Made by a program: the position numbers and the translations under genes. The notes beneath the pieces are model-generated. The model did not search any database. It was not told the origin of the DNA and saw only the letters and a program-made list of their open reading frames with translations. 64,000 bases of DNA from NCBI GenBank assembly GCA_047600985.1, contig JASGKA010000001.1:288105-352104 (forward strand), in the 5' to 3' direction. Every line of letters begins with the position of its first letter. Positions within the stretch are counted from its first letter, which is position 1. Below are positions 55,751-64,000 of this stretch, one piece after another. The DNA is from Pyrinomonadaceae bacterium (GTDB taxonomy: Bacteria; Acidobacteriota; Blastocatellia; Pyrinomonadales; Pyrinomonadaceae).

Positions 55751-56581
55751 TTACGGTTTGAGGCCGTTGCTTTCGGCACGGGCTTCCTGCTCTTCGAGAC
55801 GCTGGGCCTTTTGGGTTTCGACGAGATGATCGTGCATTGCACGACTTGCCGCTTCGGTATCGCGTTCACGCATCGCACGATAGATGTTGTGGTGCTGCTC
55901 GGCAGATTCTTTTAGGTCGCGGGCACGTTTAACGGTTTTCGAACGGCTATCGAACAGGATCGTTGCGACCATATTCATCAGCGACGTGAGAATGCGGTTG
56001 TTCGACGCAGCCGCGATAGTCTGGTGAAACTTCATATCGTGAACCAGATACTGTTCCGGATCATCGATCGAAGCGTACATTCCTGTGATCTCCTCGGCCA
56101 TCAAAGTCATTTGTTCGCTGGTTGCCCGCTCTGCCGCCATTCCGGCGATGCTCATCTCCAATGCAAGCCTCGCCTCAAACATCTCGTCCGATGTAAATCC
56201 GTGCAGAGCCGAAAGCATTCTGAGAGCACTGCTGTCGAGCGTCGGGGATTCGTGGCGTTCGGAAACAAACGTTCCCGCGCCTTGTCGCGATTGCAGAATT
56301 CCAACCGTCGCCAGCGAACGAATGCCTGCTCGCAGTGTCGGACGACTGACACCCAGCAGTTTCGCAAGATCTCGTTCCGGCGGCAGACGATCGCCCGGCG
56401 ACAGTTCACCGCTGTGGATCATGTCACGCAGACGTACGACGACCTCCTCGGCGGTGGTGCCGTTCTTTTCGGAATTGAGATTCTCAAAAACTGCCGGTGT
56501 TTTCTTTGGCATTTGCTTGATCTGATTACTATTTACGCAAATTTTAGCGTAGAAAGCCGAGATTGTCGAAACATCGCTCAT
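55751..56581 (-). CDS. GntR family transcriptional regulator (FadR/FCD subfamily)
   Basis: HTH (RLPPERDLAKLLGVSRPTLRAGIRSLATVGIL). Helical FCD C-domain. ATGA overlap with the upstream cupin gene. Confidence 0.8.
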   Translation of the reverse strand: MSDVSTISAFYAKICVNSNQIKQMPKKTPAVFENLNSEKNGTTAEEVVVRLRDMIHSGELSPGDRLPPERDLAKLLGVSRPTLRAGIRSLATVGILQSRQGAGTFVSERHESPTLDSSALRMLSALHGFTSDEMFEARLALEMSIAGMAAERATSEQMTLMAEEITGMYASIDDPEQYLVHDMKFHQTIAAASNNRILTSLMNMVATILFDSRSKTVKRARDLKESAEQHHNIYRAMRERDTEAASRAMHDHLVETQKAQRLEEQEARAESNGLKP

Positions 56582-57108
56582 TTCGGAAGCGGATCCTCAA
56601 AGATCTTGATAAGGATCATCGAAAAGCCTTTTCCGGTAACGCTTCGCCGATGCGGTGTTCCGCGCGGAACCATGATCAGATCGCCTTCTTTGATCACGAC
56701 AGATTGCGCTCCAGTTACGGTTTTTGCCCGCCATTCGCCGGGCGATTGTTCTTTCGGATCGACCAGCGTTCCGCCCAGTTCGAGCGTCGCCTGGCCTTTC
56801 AGCACGTAGTAAACGTCGTCCGATTTATCATGCAGCTCGACCATGTCACCGCTGCGGCGATGATCGTGCTGGATCGCAACCCGCGTTTCCATTCCGGCAC
56901 CGCCAATGATGTCCTCGACCTTGGTTAGCGTCGGATTTTTCGGATCCGGATCGGTCTTGTCGCCCGCGAGTTTCTTTTCGAGATCGGCTACAGACTGTTT
57001 CGACTTTACAACGAAAGGCTTGATTGCGACCGAAGGCTGCCGTTGTGCAGCGGCCGCACCGGCTGCAATTAGAATAGCGAAAAGCGAAAAAATGATCTGT
57101 TTTCTCAT
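56578..57108 (-). CDS. secreted cupin domain protein
   Basis: Signal peptide. Cupin motifs (...VAIQHDHRRSGDMVELH... GDLIMVPRGTPH). Confidence 0.6.
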   Translation of the reverse strand: MRKQIIFSLFAILIAAGAAAAQRQPSVAIKPFVVKSKQSVADLEKKLAGDKTDPDPKNPTLTKVEDIIGGAGMETRVAIQHDHRRSGDMVELHDKSDDVYYVLKGQATLELGGTLVDPKEQSPGEWRAKTVTGAQSVVIKEGDLIMVPRGTPHRRSVTGKGFSMILIKIFEDPLPK

Positions 57109-57114
57109 AATTAC

Positions 57115-59016
57115 TTATTTCCTTGATTGAGCGATCAGCCATTTGCTGAGGTCCTGAGCGGCTTTGAAATTCTCGTATTCGTACGGCAGCCGTCGGCCAT
57201 CGGTGTATTCGTTATACAGCCACGGGTCGCCGATCACAAAGACCGAACCTTTGCCGTATTTTGTCATTGCTATCAAAACGTCACCATTGACGGTCAACAC
57301 TGATTTTGCGTCTTTCGACAGTGACAATGTCGAGACCTCCTTGATGTAGATCTCTTTGGTATTCGGGAAGATCGGATTGCCCGCTGGGATCATCACGCGG
57401 CCCATTTTGTAATCATTGTTCAAGACCTCAAACTTTCGGTCCTTGTTGAATTTGATCCCAAACGTTTCCGACAAGGTATTAAATTTATCCAGCTCAGCAT
57501 TCTGCCCGTCGTTGCCAAACAGTGCGAGCACACCGCCTTTTTTGACCCAGTCAGCGATCGCTTTCACATTGTTAGGGCCGACGAATTGAGGATTTGCCGT
57601 CTCTTTTTCAGTATCAGGATCTACGATGACGTAAACGCTCGCACCCGCGAGATTCGCTTCCGTCGGAGCTGTCGAAAGCTGCTCCACCTTGCCGCCTGAC
57701 GTACGGAACGTGTTCATAAAGATCGCGAAACCGGAATCGAGCAGTTCGTTCGCTTTGTAATGCCACAGTTCGTCAACGCCAAGTTTGTTTTTTCGGATCT
57801 CGTGATTGAAATAATCGTCGAGGAGAACCGTCTTACCGCGAGCTGACCAGCCTTTTTCGTACGCTTCCATCTCGAGAGCCGCACGGATTGCCGGGCCGAG
57901 GCCCTTGGCGTCGTTCGTACGGAGCTTTTCGCTCATGTAGTAATCGTAACTGCCGTCGCGGTACGGATTACCGCCGAGGCCGGAAACGGAAACGGTTCCT
58001 TCCCAATCAGTTTGGCCCTGAGCGTTCACTTTTATGAATTCCTTCTTGATACCTGCCCAACCGGTCGAAGCGACCTTCATGTACTTTTCAGGCAAATATC
58101 CCTCGCGAACGCCGCGTGCGAGTGCGTAAACGAACATCGCCGATGCTGACGATTCAAGGTAATTTTTCTCCTTGCCGCCGAGATCGAGAATGTCCCACCA
58201 GACGCCACTTTTCTTGTCCTGGACCTTTTCGACCGCCGCCGCAGTGCGGTTCAGGATAGCGATCAGCTCCGAACGACGGGGATTGTTCTGCGGAAAATAT
58301 TCCAACACGTCGATTAAGCCCATCGCGTACCAACCCATCGCTCGTCCCCAGAAATGTGGTGATTGGCCTGTCGTTTTGTTAGCCCATTTTTGCTGCTTCG
58401 ACTCGTCCCAGCCGTGATAAAGCAGACCCGTTTTCGCGTCTCGCGAATGCTTTTCCATCCAAACGAACTGATTTGCGATGTCGTTCCAATTGTCCTCGTT
58501 AAAGAACATCGAGTATTCCGCATAAAAAGGCTCACCCATGTACAGCCCGTCGAGCCACATCTGATATGGATAGATCTTTTTGTGCCAAAAGCCACCTTCG
58601 TTCGTTCGCGGATGTGATCGCAGCTGCGTGCGGCCGATCTCGACCATTTTGCGGTATTTCTCATTACCCGTCGCACGATAGAGCATCAGCATCGAGGTCA
58701 TCGGAGTGACGTGGTCGATGTTGTATTCGTCGATCTTGTAATCCTTGTGCTCGCCTTTTTCGTCTATCCAGTTATCCATACCCTTTTGGATATGGTTGAA
58801 ATATTTGGCATCGCCGGTCGCGTACCACATTGCCTGAATAGCTTTGTGAATGACGCCCTGCTCATAATTCCATCTCGGCGGAATGCCCGGCTGATTTCGG
58901 GCATCGACCCAGATGCGGTTCATCGCTGTGTCGGCAAGCTGCTCGGAAACGGGCTTTTGAGCCATCGTACCGACGGTTAGCAAAAAGAGAAGTACAAGAA
59001 TGATCGTGCTTTTCAT
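57115..59016 (-). CDS. glycoside hydrolase family 105 (unsaturated rhamnogalacturonyl hydrolase) fused to a C-terminal DUF4350 / glutamine-amidotransferase-like domain
   Basis: GH105 alpha6/alpha6 region (WNYEQGV, WHKKIYPYQMWLDGLYMGEPFY, HFWGRAMGWYAMGLID). ~250-aa C-terminal extra domain. Signal peptide at 59016 (MKSTIILVLLFLLTVGTMA). Confidence 0.75.
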   Translation of the reverse strand: MKSTIILVLLFLLTVGTMAQKPVSEQLADTAMNRIWVDARNQPGIPPRWNYEQGVIHKAIQAMWYATGDAKYFNHIQKGMDNWIDEKGEHKDYKIDEYNIDHVTPMTSMLMLYRATGNEKYRKMVEIGRTQLRSHPRTNEGGFWHKKIYPYQMWLDGLYMGEPFYAEYSMFFNEDNWNDIANQFVWMEKHSRDAKTGLLYHGWDESKQQKWANKTTGQSPHFWGRAMGWYAMGLIDVLEYFPQNNPRRSELIAILNRTAAAVEKVQDKKSGVWWDILDLGGKEKNYLESSASAMFVYALARGVREGYLPEKYMKVASTGWAGIKKEFIKVNAQGQTDWEGTVSVSGLGGNPYRDGSYDYYMSEKLRTNDAKGLGPAIRAALEMEAYEKGWSARGKTVLLDDYFNHEIRKNKLGVDELWHYKANELLDSGFAIFMNTFRTSGGKVEQLSTAPTEANLAGASVYVIVDPDTEKETANPQFVGPNNVKAIADWVKKGGVLALFGNDGQNAELDKFNTLSETFGIKFNKDRKFEVLNNDYKMGRVMIPAGNPIFPNTKEIYIKEVSTLSLSKDAKSVLTVNGDVLIAMTKYGKGSVFVIGDPWLYNEYTDGRRLPYEYENFKAAQDLSKWLIAQSRK

Positions 59017-59021
59017 AAATT

Positions 59022-60080
59022 CTATTTTTTCAGAGGGATCGACTGGTTCCAACTCGCGCCTTGTCCGTTGATAGTTCCGCTTACGGCGAAGAAAACGTGT
59101 GTCGGTTTGCCGTTTTCGATCAAAACGTGGGGCCGCTCGGTCTTGCCGACTTTCGTTGTCGTGCCGTCAGCCCACAGGATGTTCCTCGAAACCGCGATCC
59201 CGGGCTGTGGTACCGTCCATTTTATCCCGTCGTTAGACGTTGCGAAAAAGATCTCTTTGTCGGGCGAATATTTACGTTCGTGATCGAGCATCAGGGCTTT
59301 GTACTTGCCCTTTTCCATCCAGATAAATGGATCTTCGGCACCGATGCCCATGTTCAGCGGCTCGTTTGAAACTCGTTTGTACTCACCGTCAAACCTGTCA
59401 GCGATCGCCAAACCGATCGCGTGAACCGTCAGCCGCGTAACTCCTTTATAATAAAGCATTACACGTCCGTCTTTAAGCACAAGCGGAGCGGCGTTGCTCG
59501 TTAGATAACGATCCCACGAGTCGGCCTTTACATCCAGGATCGGCTTATCAAGCCGTTTCCACGGGCCGTACGGCGACTTTGAGGTGGCAAGGCCGATGCG
59601 TTCGTGCTGGTGAGCATCGAGTTTGGTCGGTGAATCGTCATTTATCCGAAAGTCTAAACCCGGTCGTTTTCCTTTGTAGGTCGTTCCGGTGTAATACAGC
59701 AAGTACGTATCTTTATATTTCCTGATCGCCGGATTGTGAGTCATTTGCCCGTCCCAGAATTCCTCGCCGCGAGGCGGCAGAGCGACGTCATTAAATTTGT
59801 ACGGGCCAGCCGGCTTGTCGGAAATTGCGTGAACGATCTCGGAATTCGTCAGCCAATATGGCCCAAATCCCGGCGGTTTCGGCCATCGGGACGCAAACAT
59901 ATGATATTTGCCGTCATCACCCTTGATGACCGAACCGCACCAAACCCAATAACCATCCATCCTGAAACCGCCATCGAGCGGAGCCGGCAAAAGCTTGTCG
60001 TGAAACTCATTCGTCTGCGCTGACAGACCGGCCGCAAAAACAGCCAGCAAAATAATTATCTGCAAACGCTTAAGTCTCAT
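59022..60080 (-). CDS. secreted five-bladed beta-propeller glycoside hydrolase-like protein (GH43/GH32 clan)
   Basis: Signal peptide. KGDDGKYHMFASRW blade motif. Family assignment uncertain. Confidence 0.5.
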   Translation of the reverse strand: MRLKRLQIIILLAVFAAGLSAQTNEFHDKLLPAPLDGGFRMDGYWVWCGSVIKGDDGKYHMFASRWPKPPGFGPYWLTNSEIVHAISDKPAGPYKFNDVALPPRGEEFWDGQMTHNPAIRKYKDTYLLYYTGTTYKGKRPGLDFRINDDSPTKLDAHQHERIGLATSKSPYGPWKRLDKPILDVKADSWDRYLTSNAAPLVLKDGRVMLYYKGVTRLTVHAIGLAIADRFDGEYKRVSNEPLNMGIGAEDPFIWMEKGKYKALMLDHERKYSPDKEIFFATSNDGIKWTVPQPGIAVSRNILWADGTTTKVGKTERPHVLIENGKPTHVFFAVSGTINGQGASWNQSIPLKK

Positions 60081-60832
60081 TATTTCCTCAGATACTTCAC
60101 CAGCTTGATCTTATTTTCGCGGATACCTTCGACCGCGAGTTTTGCCATTTCCTCGGCACCGAGAGGCGAAAAATGCGTGTTGTCTTCAACGCCCTTCGGA
60201 TAATTGACGTGCTCGCCCGGCTTGAGCTGTAGAAACAACTTTGTCGAGCCATCTTTTCCGTACCGCGTCAAAACCGCTGCACTTTTGGTCTCCATGTCGA
60301 TCACGGCGACGTTTTCGGCCTTGCCGACAGCTTTTACGGCGTCGGGATAGTCGCCGTGGGTTTTGACCAGCACGTCGTTCTCAAATTTCCGCCGCGAAAC
60401 CGGCGTCATCAGAACCGGCGTCGCCCCCTTCGCCCGAACCTCGTGAATGAACCGCGACAGATTTGTCTTGTAATCGTCTGGCGACGCGTAAACCGCCGGC
60501 TTGTCCTTCTTTTCGTCGTTATGACCGAACTCGATAAAGACAAAGTCGTCCTTTTTCAGCACATCGATGATCTTTTTCCATTGTCCTTCATCGACGAATG
60601 ACTTCGTGCTGCGGCCGTTCAACGCCCGATTGTCGACCTTTACTTTCGTCGGATCAAAATATTGCTGGAGCATCTCGCCCCAACCTGTTTCAGGCCGACG
60701 ATCCGCATTTTTATTTGCGGCGGTAGAGTCGCCGGCAATATAGATCGTTATCTGCGCAGCCGCCGAAAACACGGAAGCGAGCGTAAGGATCGCAGCAAAT
60801 ACGACAAACCCAATGATCCTAGTAAAACTCAT
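60080..60832 (-). CDS. rhamnogalacturonan acetylesterase (CE12, SGNH hydrolase)
   Basis: GDS block (IYIAGDSTAANK), GxND block (FGHNDEKK). RhgT-like. Confidence 0.8.
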   Translation of the reverse strand: MSFTRIIGFVVFAAILTLASVFSAAAQITIYIAGDSTAANKNADRRPETGWGEMLQQYFDPTKVKVDNRALNGRSTKSFVDEGQWKKIIDVLKKDDFVFIEFGHNDEKKDKPAVYASPDDYKTNLSRFIHEVRAKGATPVLMTPVSRRKFENDVLVKTHGDYPDAVKAVGKAENVAVIDMETKSAAVLTRYGKDGSTKLFLQLKPGEHVNYPKGVEDNTHFSPLGAEEMAKLAVEGIRENKIKLVKYLRK

Positions 60833-61575
60833 TTCTTCAGATACTTAGCCAGTTTTAACTTGTCCTCGCGAATGCCCGCAACTGCGAGTTTTGCCATTTC
60901 TTCAGCCCCGAGCGGACGAAAGTGCGTGTTGTCATCAACGCCATTCAGAAAATTCGGATGCTCGCCCGGTTTTAGCTGCAAAAATAACGCCTTCGACCCC
61001 TCGACACCGTATTTCACGATCACCGCTTCGCTCTTGCGGTGCATATCGATGAGCGGCACTTTCTGCTCTTTTGCGACAGTGCGAAAAATATCCGGATATT
61101 CGCCGTGAACATCGACAAACTTCCCATCCTTATCAAACCGCCGCCGCATTACTGGTGTCATCAGCACGATATTCGCCTTTTTGCCTTTTACGTCCGCGAT
61201 AAATCGGATCAGGTTCTTCTTGAAATCTTCAGGCGGCGTATATCGGTCCGGCCTGTCCTTGGCACTATCATTGTGGCCGAACTGGACGAAGACGTAATCA
61301 TCCTTTTTCAGATCATCAACTATCCGTTGCCAGTGGCCTTGCTCGATAAATGTCCGCGTACTGCGGCCATTTTGTGCCCGATTTTCGATCTTTACCTTTG
61401 CCGGATCGAAATACTGCTGAAGCATCTCGCCCCAACCGGTTTCAGGACGCCTGTCCGCAGTTTTAACCGCCAAAGTCGAATCGCCCGCCAGAAAAACGGT
61501 TAACTGAGCAGACGCGGAGACGCACAAGAACGTAAGGAAAATGCCGACCCGTGCTGCCCTGCCGATCGAGATCAT
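60829..61575 (-). CDS. rhamnogalacturonan acetylesterase (CE12), tandem paralog
   Basis: VFLAGDSTLAVK, FGHNDSAKD. ~55% identical to the neighbouring paralog. Start at the ATG at 61575 (signal peptide). Confidence 0.8.
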   Translation of the reverse strand: MISIGRAARVGIFLTFLCVSASAQLTVFLAGDSTLAVKTADRRPETGWGEMLQQYFDPAKVKIENRAQNGRSTRTFIEQGHWQRIVDDLKKDDYVFVQFGHNDSAKDRPDRYTPPEDFKKNLIRFIADVKGKKANIVLMTPVMRRRFDKDGKFVDVHGEYPDIFRTVAKEQKVPLIDMHRKSEAVIVKYGVEGSKALFLQLKPGEHPNFLNGVDDNTHFRPLGAEEMAKLAVAGIREDKLKLAKYLKK

Positions 61576-62888
61576 ATTCGCACCAGATCGCCGATCTTCA
61601 CCGCCCGTTTCTGCTCGATACTCGTCCTCGCTGCGATGCCTGTTAGGCAAGACATCGCACCGGCACGCGAATCGGGCAATTTCAGATGTTCTGGAACCTG
61701 GGCATTCTTAAATATAACATCCCGCAGCTTATCATCGCCGCCGCCGTGACCGGTTGTAACGTTCGGCATGTCGATGCGCTCGCGGCTCCGTGGAAAACTT
61801 TTGATCAGATAGATCTCAGACTGCTGAGGCTCCTGCCATGACTGACGTTCGTAATCGCGAACCTCGAGCCGGCCTTTGGTTCCGTTGAAAGCGATACGAT
61901 AACCCTCGATAGGCATCGAAGCATTCAAAGAATAGCTCATCGTGACGCCATTCGAATACTTAACACCCGCCGACATCGTGTCGTAAATATCGATGTCCTC
62001 CTTAAACACACAGCCGTCGCGCATATAACCGTCGACGTCCTCGCATTCCGCATAAAGTTTCATCAGACGGGCATCTTTTGTGAGGTCCCAGAAGAACGGG
62101 CATTTCGCCTTGTGCGGACATGTGCGGCAATTCGTGTGGCGATATTCACCGGCCTTGCCGTAAACATTCAGGTCTCCGTAAGCTGTCACCTCGACCGGAT
62201 CGGCGCCGAGCCACCAGTTCACGAGATCAAAATGATGCGTCGCCTTGTGCACCCAAAGACTGCCGCCGCCGGATTTCAGACGATGCCAGCGGCGGAAGTA
62301 ATCCGCTCCGTGCGACGTGTCAAGATACCAAGCGAAATCGACCGACGTGATCTTCCCGATCTCGCCTGCCTGCAATATCTCTTTTATTTTCTGATGTTTG
62401 GGTGCATAACGATAGTTGAACGCGACGGTGATCTTTCGATTGTGTTTCTTCTCAGCGTCGAGAACAGCCTGACAGTCAACGGCCTGCGTGACCATCGGCT
62501 TTTCGGTTATCACATCGATCCCCATCGCAAGAGCCTTCGTAATGAACTGATGATGCGTCGAATCCATCGTCGTTACCATCAAAAGGTCCGGCTTGGACTT
62601 CGCGACCATTTCTTCGAAATTCGTGAACGTCGGGCAGCTCGCACCGATCAGCTTTCGTCCGGCTTCGGCACGCTTGCCATTCTTGTCGCAAAGCCCAACG
62701 AACTCGACCTCGTTCGCATAGCGTTCGAAGATGTCCTTGCCCCACATTCCGGTGCCGCGATGGCCCGTGCCAACCATGGCATAACGCCGCCGGGCAAGCG
62801 GCGTTACCGTGGCTGGAACGGTGCGGGATAGTAAAGCCGAAGCCGCTGCAAGGCTCGTAGTTTTCACAAAATCACGTCTGTTGATCAT
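61572..62888 (-). CDS. Gfo/Idh/MocA family oxidoreductase with twin-arginine (Tat) signal
   Basis: MINRRDFVKTTSLAAASALL is an RRxFxK Tat motif. Rossmann GTGHRG... Confidence 0.8.
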   Translation of the reverse strand: MINRRDFVKTTSLAAASALLSRTVPATVTPLARRRYAMVGTGHRGTGMWGKDIFERYANEVEFVGLCDKNGKRAEAGRKLIGASCPTFTNFEEMVAKSKPDLLMVTTMDSTHHQFITKALAMGIDVITEKPMVTQAVDCQAVLDAEKKHNRKITVAFNYRYAPKHQKIKEILQAGEIGKITSVDFAWYLDTSHGADYFRRWHRLKSGGGSLWVHKATHHFDLVNWWLGADPVEVTAYGDLNVYGKAGEYRHTNCRTCPHKAKCPFFWDLTKDARLMKLYAECEDVDGYMRDGCVFKEDIDIYDTMSAGVKYSNGVTMSYSLNASMPIEGYRIAFNGTKGRLEVRDYERQSWQEPQQSEIYLIKSFPRSRERIDMPNVTTGHGGGDDKLRDVIFKNAQVPEHLKLPDSRAGAMSCLTGIAARTSIEQKRAVKIGDLVRI

Positions 62889-64000
62889 TTCGCCTTCTCC
62901 ACAGTTTTAGCCGTAAGCTCGGTAACGGCGGCCCCGTTAAATTTCACGTTGTTTAGCTTTATGCCTTTTACGTTTTTGATCACGTTGCTGTCGGCGACGT
63001 TGTCGAAAGTGCTGTTTGAGATCGACACATCATAGATCGGGGCAGCGTCGAGGCCCTGAATATCAACGCCGTACTTGCTCTTGCCGCTCTTCAAACCATC
63101 GACCACAAAGTTCCGCATCACCGGCGTAAATCCGCCTTTGGCACCTTCCTCGTAGTTGAAATCGATCGTGATCAAAGCGTGTGCTACCTGCCCGACGGTG
63201 ATATTTCTGAAGTAGAAATTCTCGAGCAAGCCGCCGCGCGAAGCGTTGTTTTTCACACGCAGAGCGTGATCAAGATTCGGGCTGTCCATCTTATTGTTTT
63301 CGGCGAAAACATTACGAACTCCGCCTGAGATCTCGCTGCCGATCGTCACGCCGCCGTGGCCGTCCTTCATTTCGCAACCGCGGACGATGACGTTCTCGGT
63401 CGGAGTGGCGAGTCGGCGGCCATCGTTATTTCGACCCGATTTGATCGCGATGCAGTCATCGCCGGTGTCAAAAAAGCAGTCCTCGATCAGCACGTCTTTG
63501 CACGATTCCGGATCGCAGCCGTCATTGTTTGGCCCGTGTGTGGCGATGTGAAGCTTTCGCACGATCACGTTTTCGCATAGCACAGGATGCACTTCCCACA
63601 TTGGCGAATCGACGATCTTGACGCCTTCGATCAAAACGTTTTTGCACTTGTACGGCTGTATGAACTGCGGACGCAAATAGTCCTGTGGGCCGCCGAAGAT
63701 CCGTTCCGCTACCGGCACGTTCTTGTCCATCATTTCATAAAGCCTGGCACGTGCTGCCCGCTGGCTGATGACGTTCGGATCGCCACCGTAGCGTGGATTG
63801 CCGTGCCATTTCCAGAAGAAAGATTTGCCCTGTCCGTCGAGCGTTCCTTCGCCGGTGATGCCAATATTTGTTTGCTCGTACGCGTAGATCAGCGGCGAAA
63901 TGTGCATCAGCTCCATGCCTTCCCAACGGGTGTGAACGATCGGCATGTAAGCCTTTGGGTCCATTGAGAATTTGAGCGTCGCTCCCTTCGAAACGTACAG
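62885..64000 (-). CDS. glycoside hydrolase family 28 (polygalacturonase / rhamnogalacturonase-like), 5' end beyond window
   Basis: GH28 motifs NDGCDPESC, GDDCIAIKSG, GHGGVTIGSE, RVKN. The reading frame stays open to base 64000. Confidence 0.8.
   Translation of the reverse strand: MYVSKGATLKFSMDPKAYMPIVHTRWEGMELMHISPLIYAYEQTNIGITGEGTLDGQGKSFFWKWHGNPRYGGDPNVISQRAARARLYEMMDKNVPVAERIFGGPQDYLRPQFIQPYKCKNVLIEGVKIVDSPMWEVHPVLCENVIVRKLHIATHGPNNDGCDPESCKDVLIEDCFFDTGDDCIAIKSGRNNDGRRLATPTENVIVRGCEMKDGHGGVTIGSEISGGVRNVFAENNKMDSPNLDHALRVKNNASRGGLLENFYFRNITVGQVAHALITIDFNYEEGAKGGFTPVMRNFVVDGLKSGKSKYGVDIQGLDAAPIYDVSISNSTFDNVADSNVIKNVKGIKLNNVKFNGAAVTELTAKTVEKAK

Overview
A 64 kb bacterial chromosomal window at roughly 55-60% GC with no rRNA, tRNA or CRISPR detected. 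Gene content suggests Acidobacteriota, on these grounds: many CadC-type one-component regulators, VWA, FG-GAP and YVTN/DUF11 surface proteins, and CarboxypepD_reg-like C-terminal domains. This is a guess, not a database result.

Main blocks:
- 1-8.8 kb: a minus-strand string of lipoprotein and secreted-protein genes, ending in an ECF sigma / anti-sigma pair and a 1,135-aa secreted TPR-CHAT (caspase-like) protease.
- 8.7-14.9 kb: housekeeping and accessory genes (radical-SAM SplB-like, GNAT, CadC-like regulator, VWA, acyl-CoA dehydrogenase, flippase-like membrane protein).
- 15-25.3 kb: two giant surface repeat proteins, both frameshifted, each divergent from a CadC-like winged-helix regulator. 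One regulator is fused to an alpha/beta-hydrolase plus a degenerate class-III cyclase domain.
- 25.3-25.8 kb: a hicB-hicA pair in which the hicA toxin is frameshifted.
- 26-41 kb: mixed genes (aminotransferase class IV, truB, recX, flotillin-like protein with internal tandem repeats, fasciclin, msrB, MFS, yacG, M50 protease, IHF/HU, YpfJ-like Zn-peptidase). This block also holds a REP-associated tyrosine transposase (RAYT) flanked by inverted REP hairpins, and two REPIN-like inverted-repeat doublets.
- 41-64 kb: KirBac-type K+ channel coupled to riboflavin synthase, then a pectin / rhamnogalacturonan / hexuronate catabolic locus (eda, kdgK, kduD, kduI, uxaA, ROK and GntR regulators, ExuT-like MFS, GH43, GH105, two tandem CE12 esterases, Gfo/Idh/MocA, GH28). 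Unusually long perfect hairpins sit in its intercistronic gaps.

Most interesting candidate system: the periplasmic TPR-CHAT protease co-operonic with the ECF sigma / anti-sigma pair. Also notable are the RAYT/REP/REPIN mobile-repeat system, and the shared C-terminal domain on two unrelated surface proteins.

All functional calls rest on motif and domain recognition by eye. No searches were run. Sequence lines and ORF-track coordinates disagreed by one base at position 56581; ORF-track coordinates were used where they conflict.
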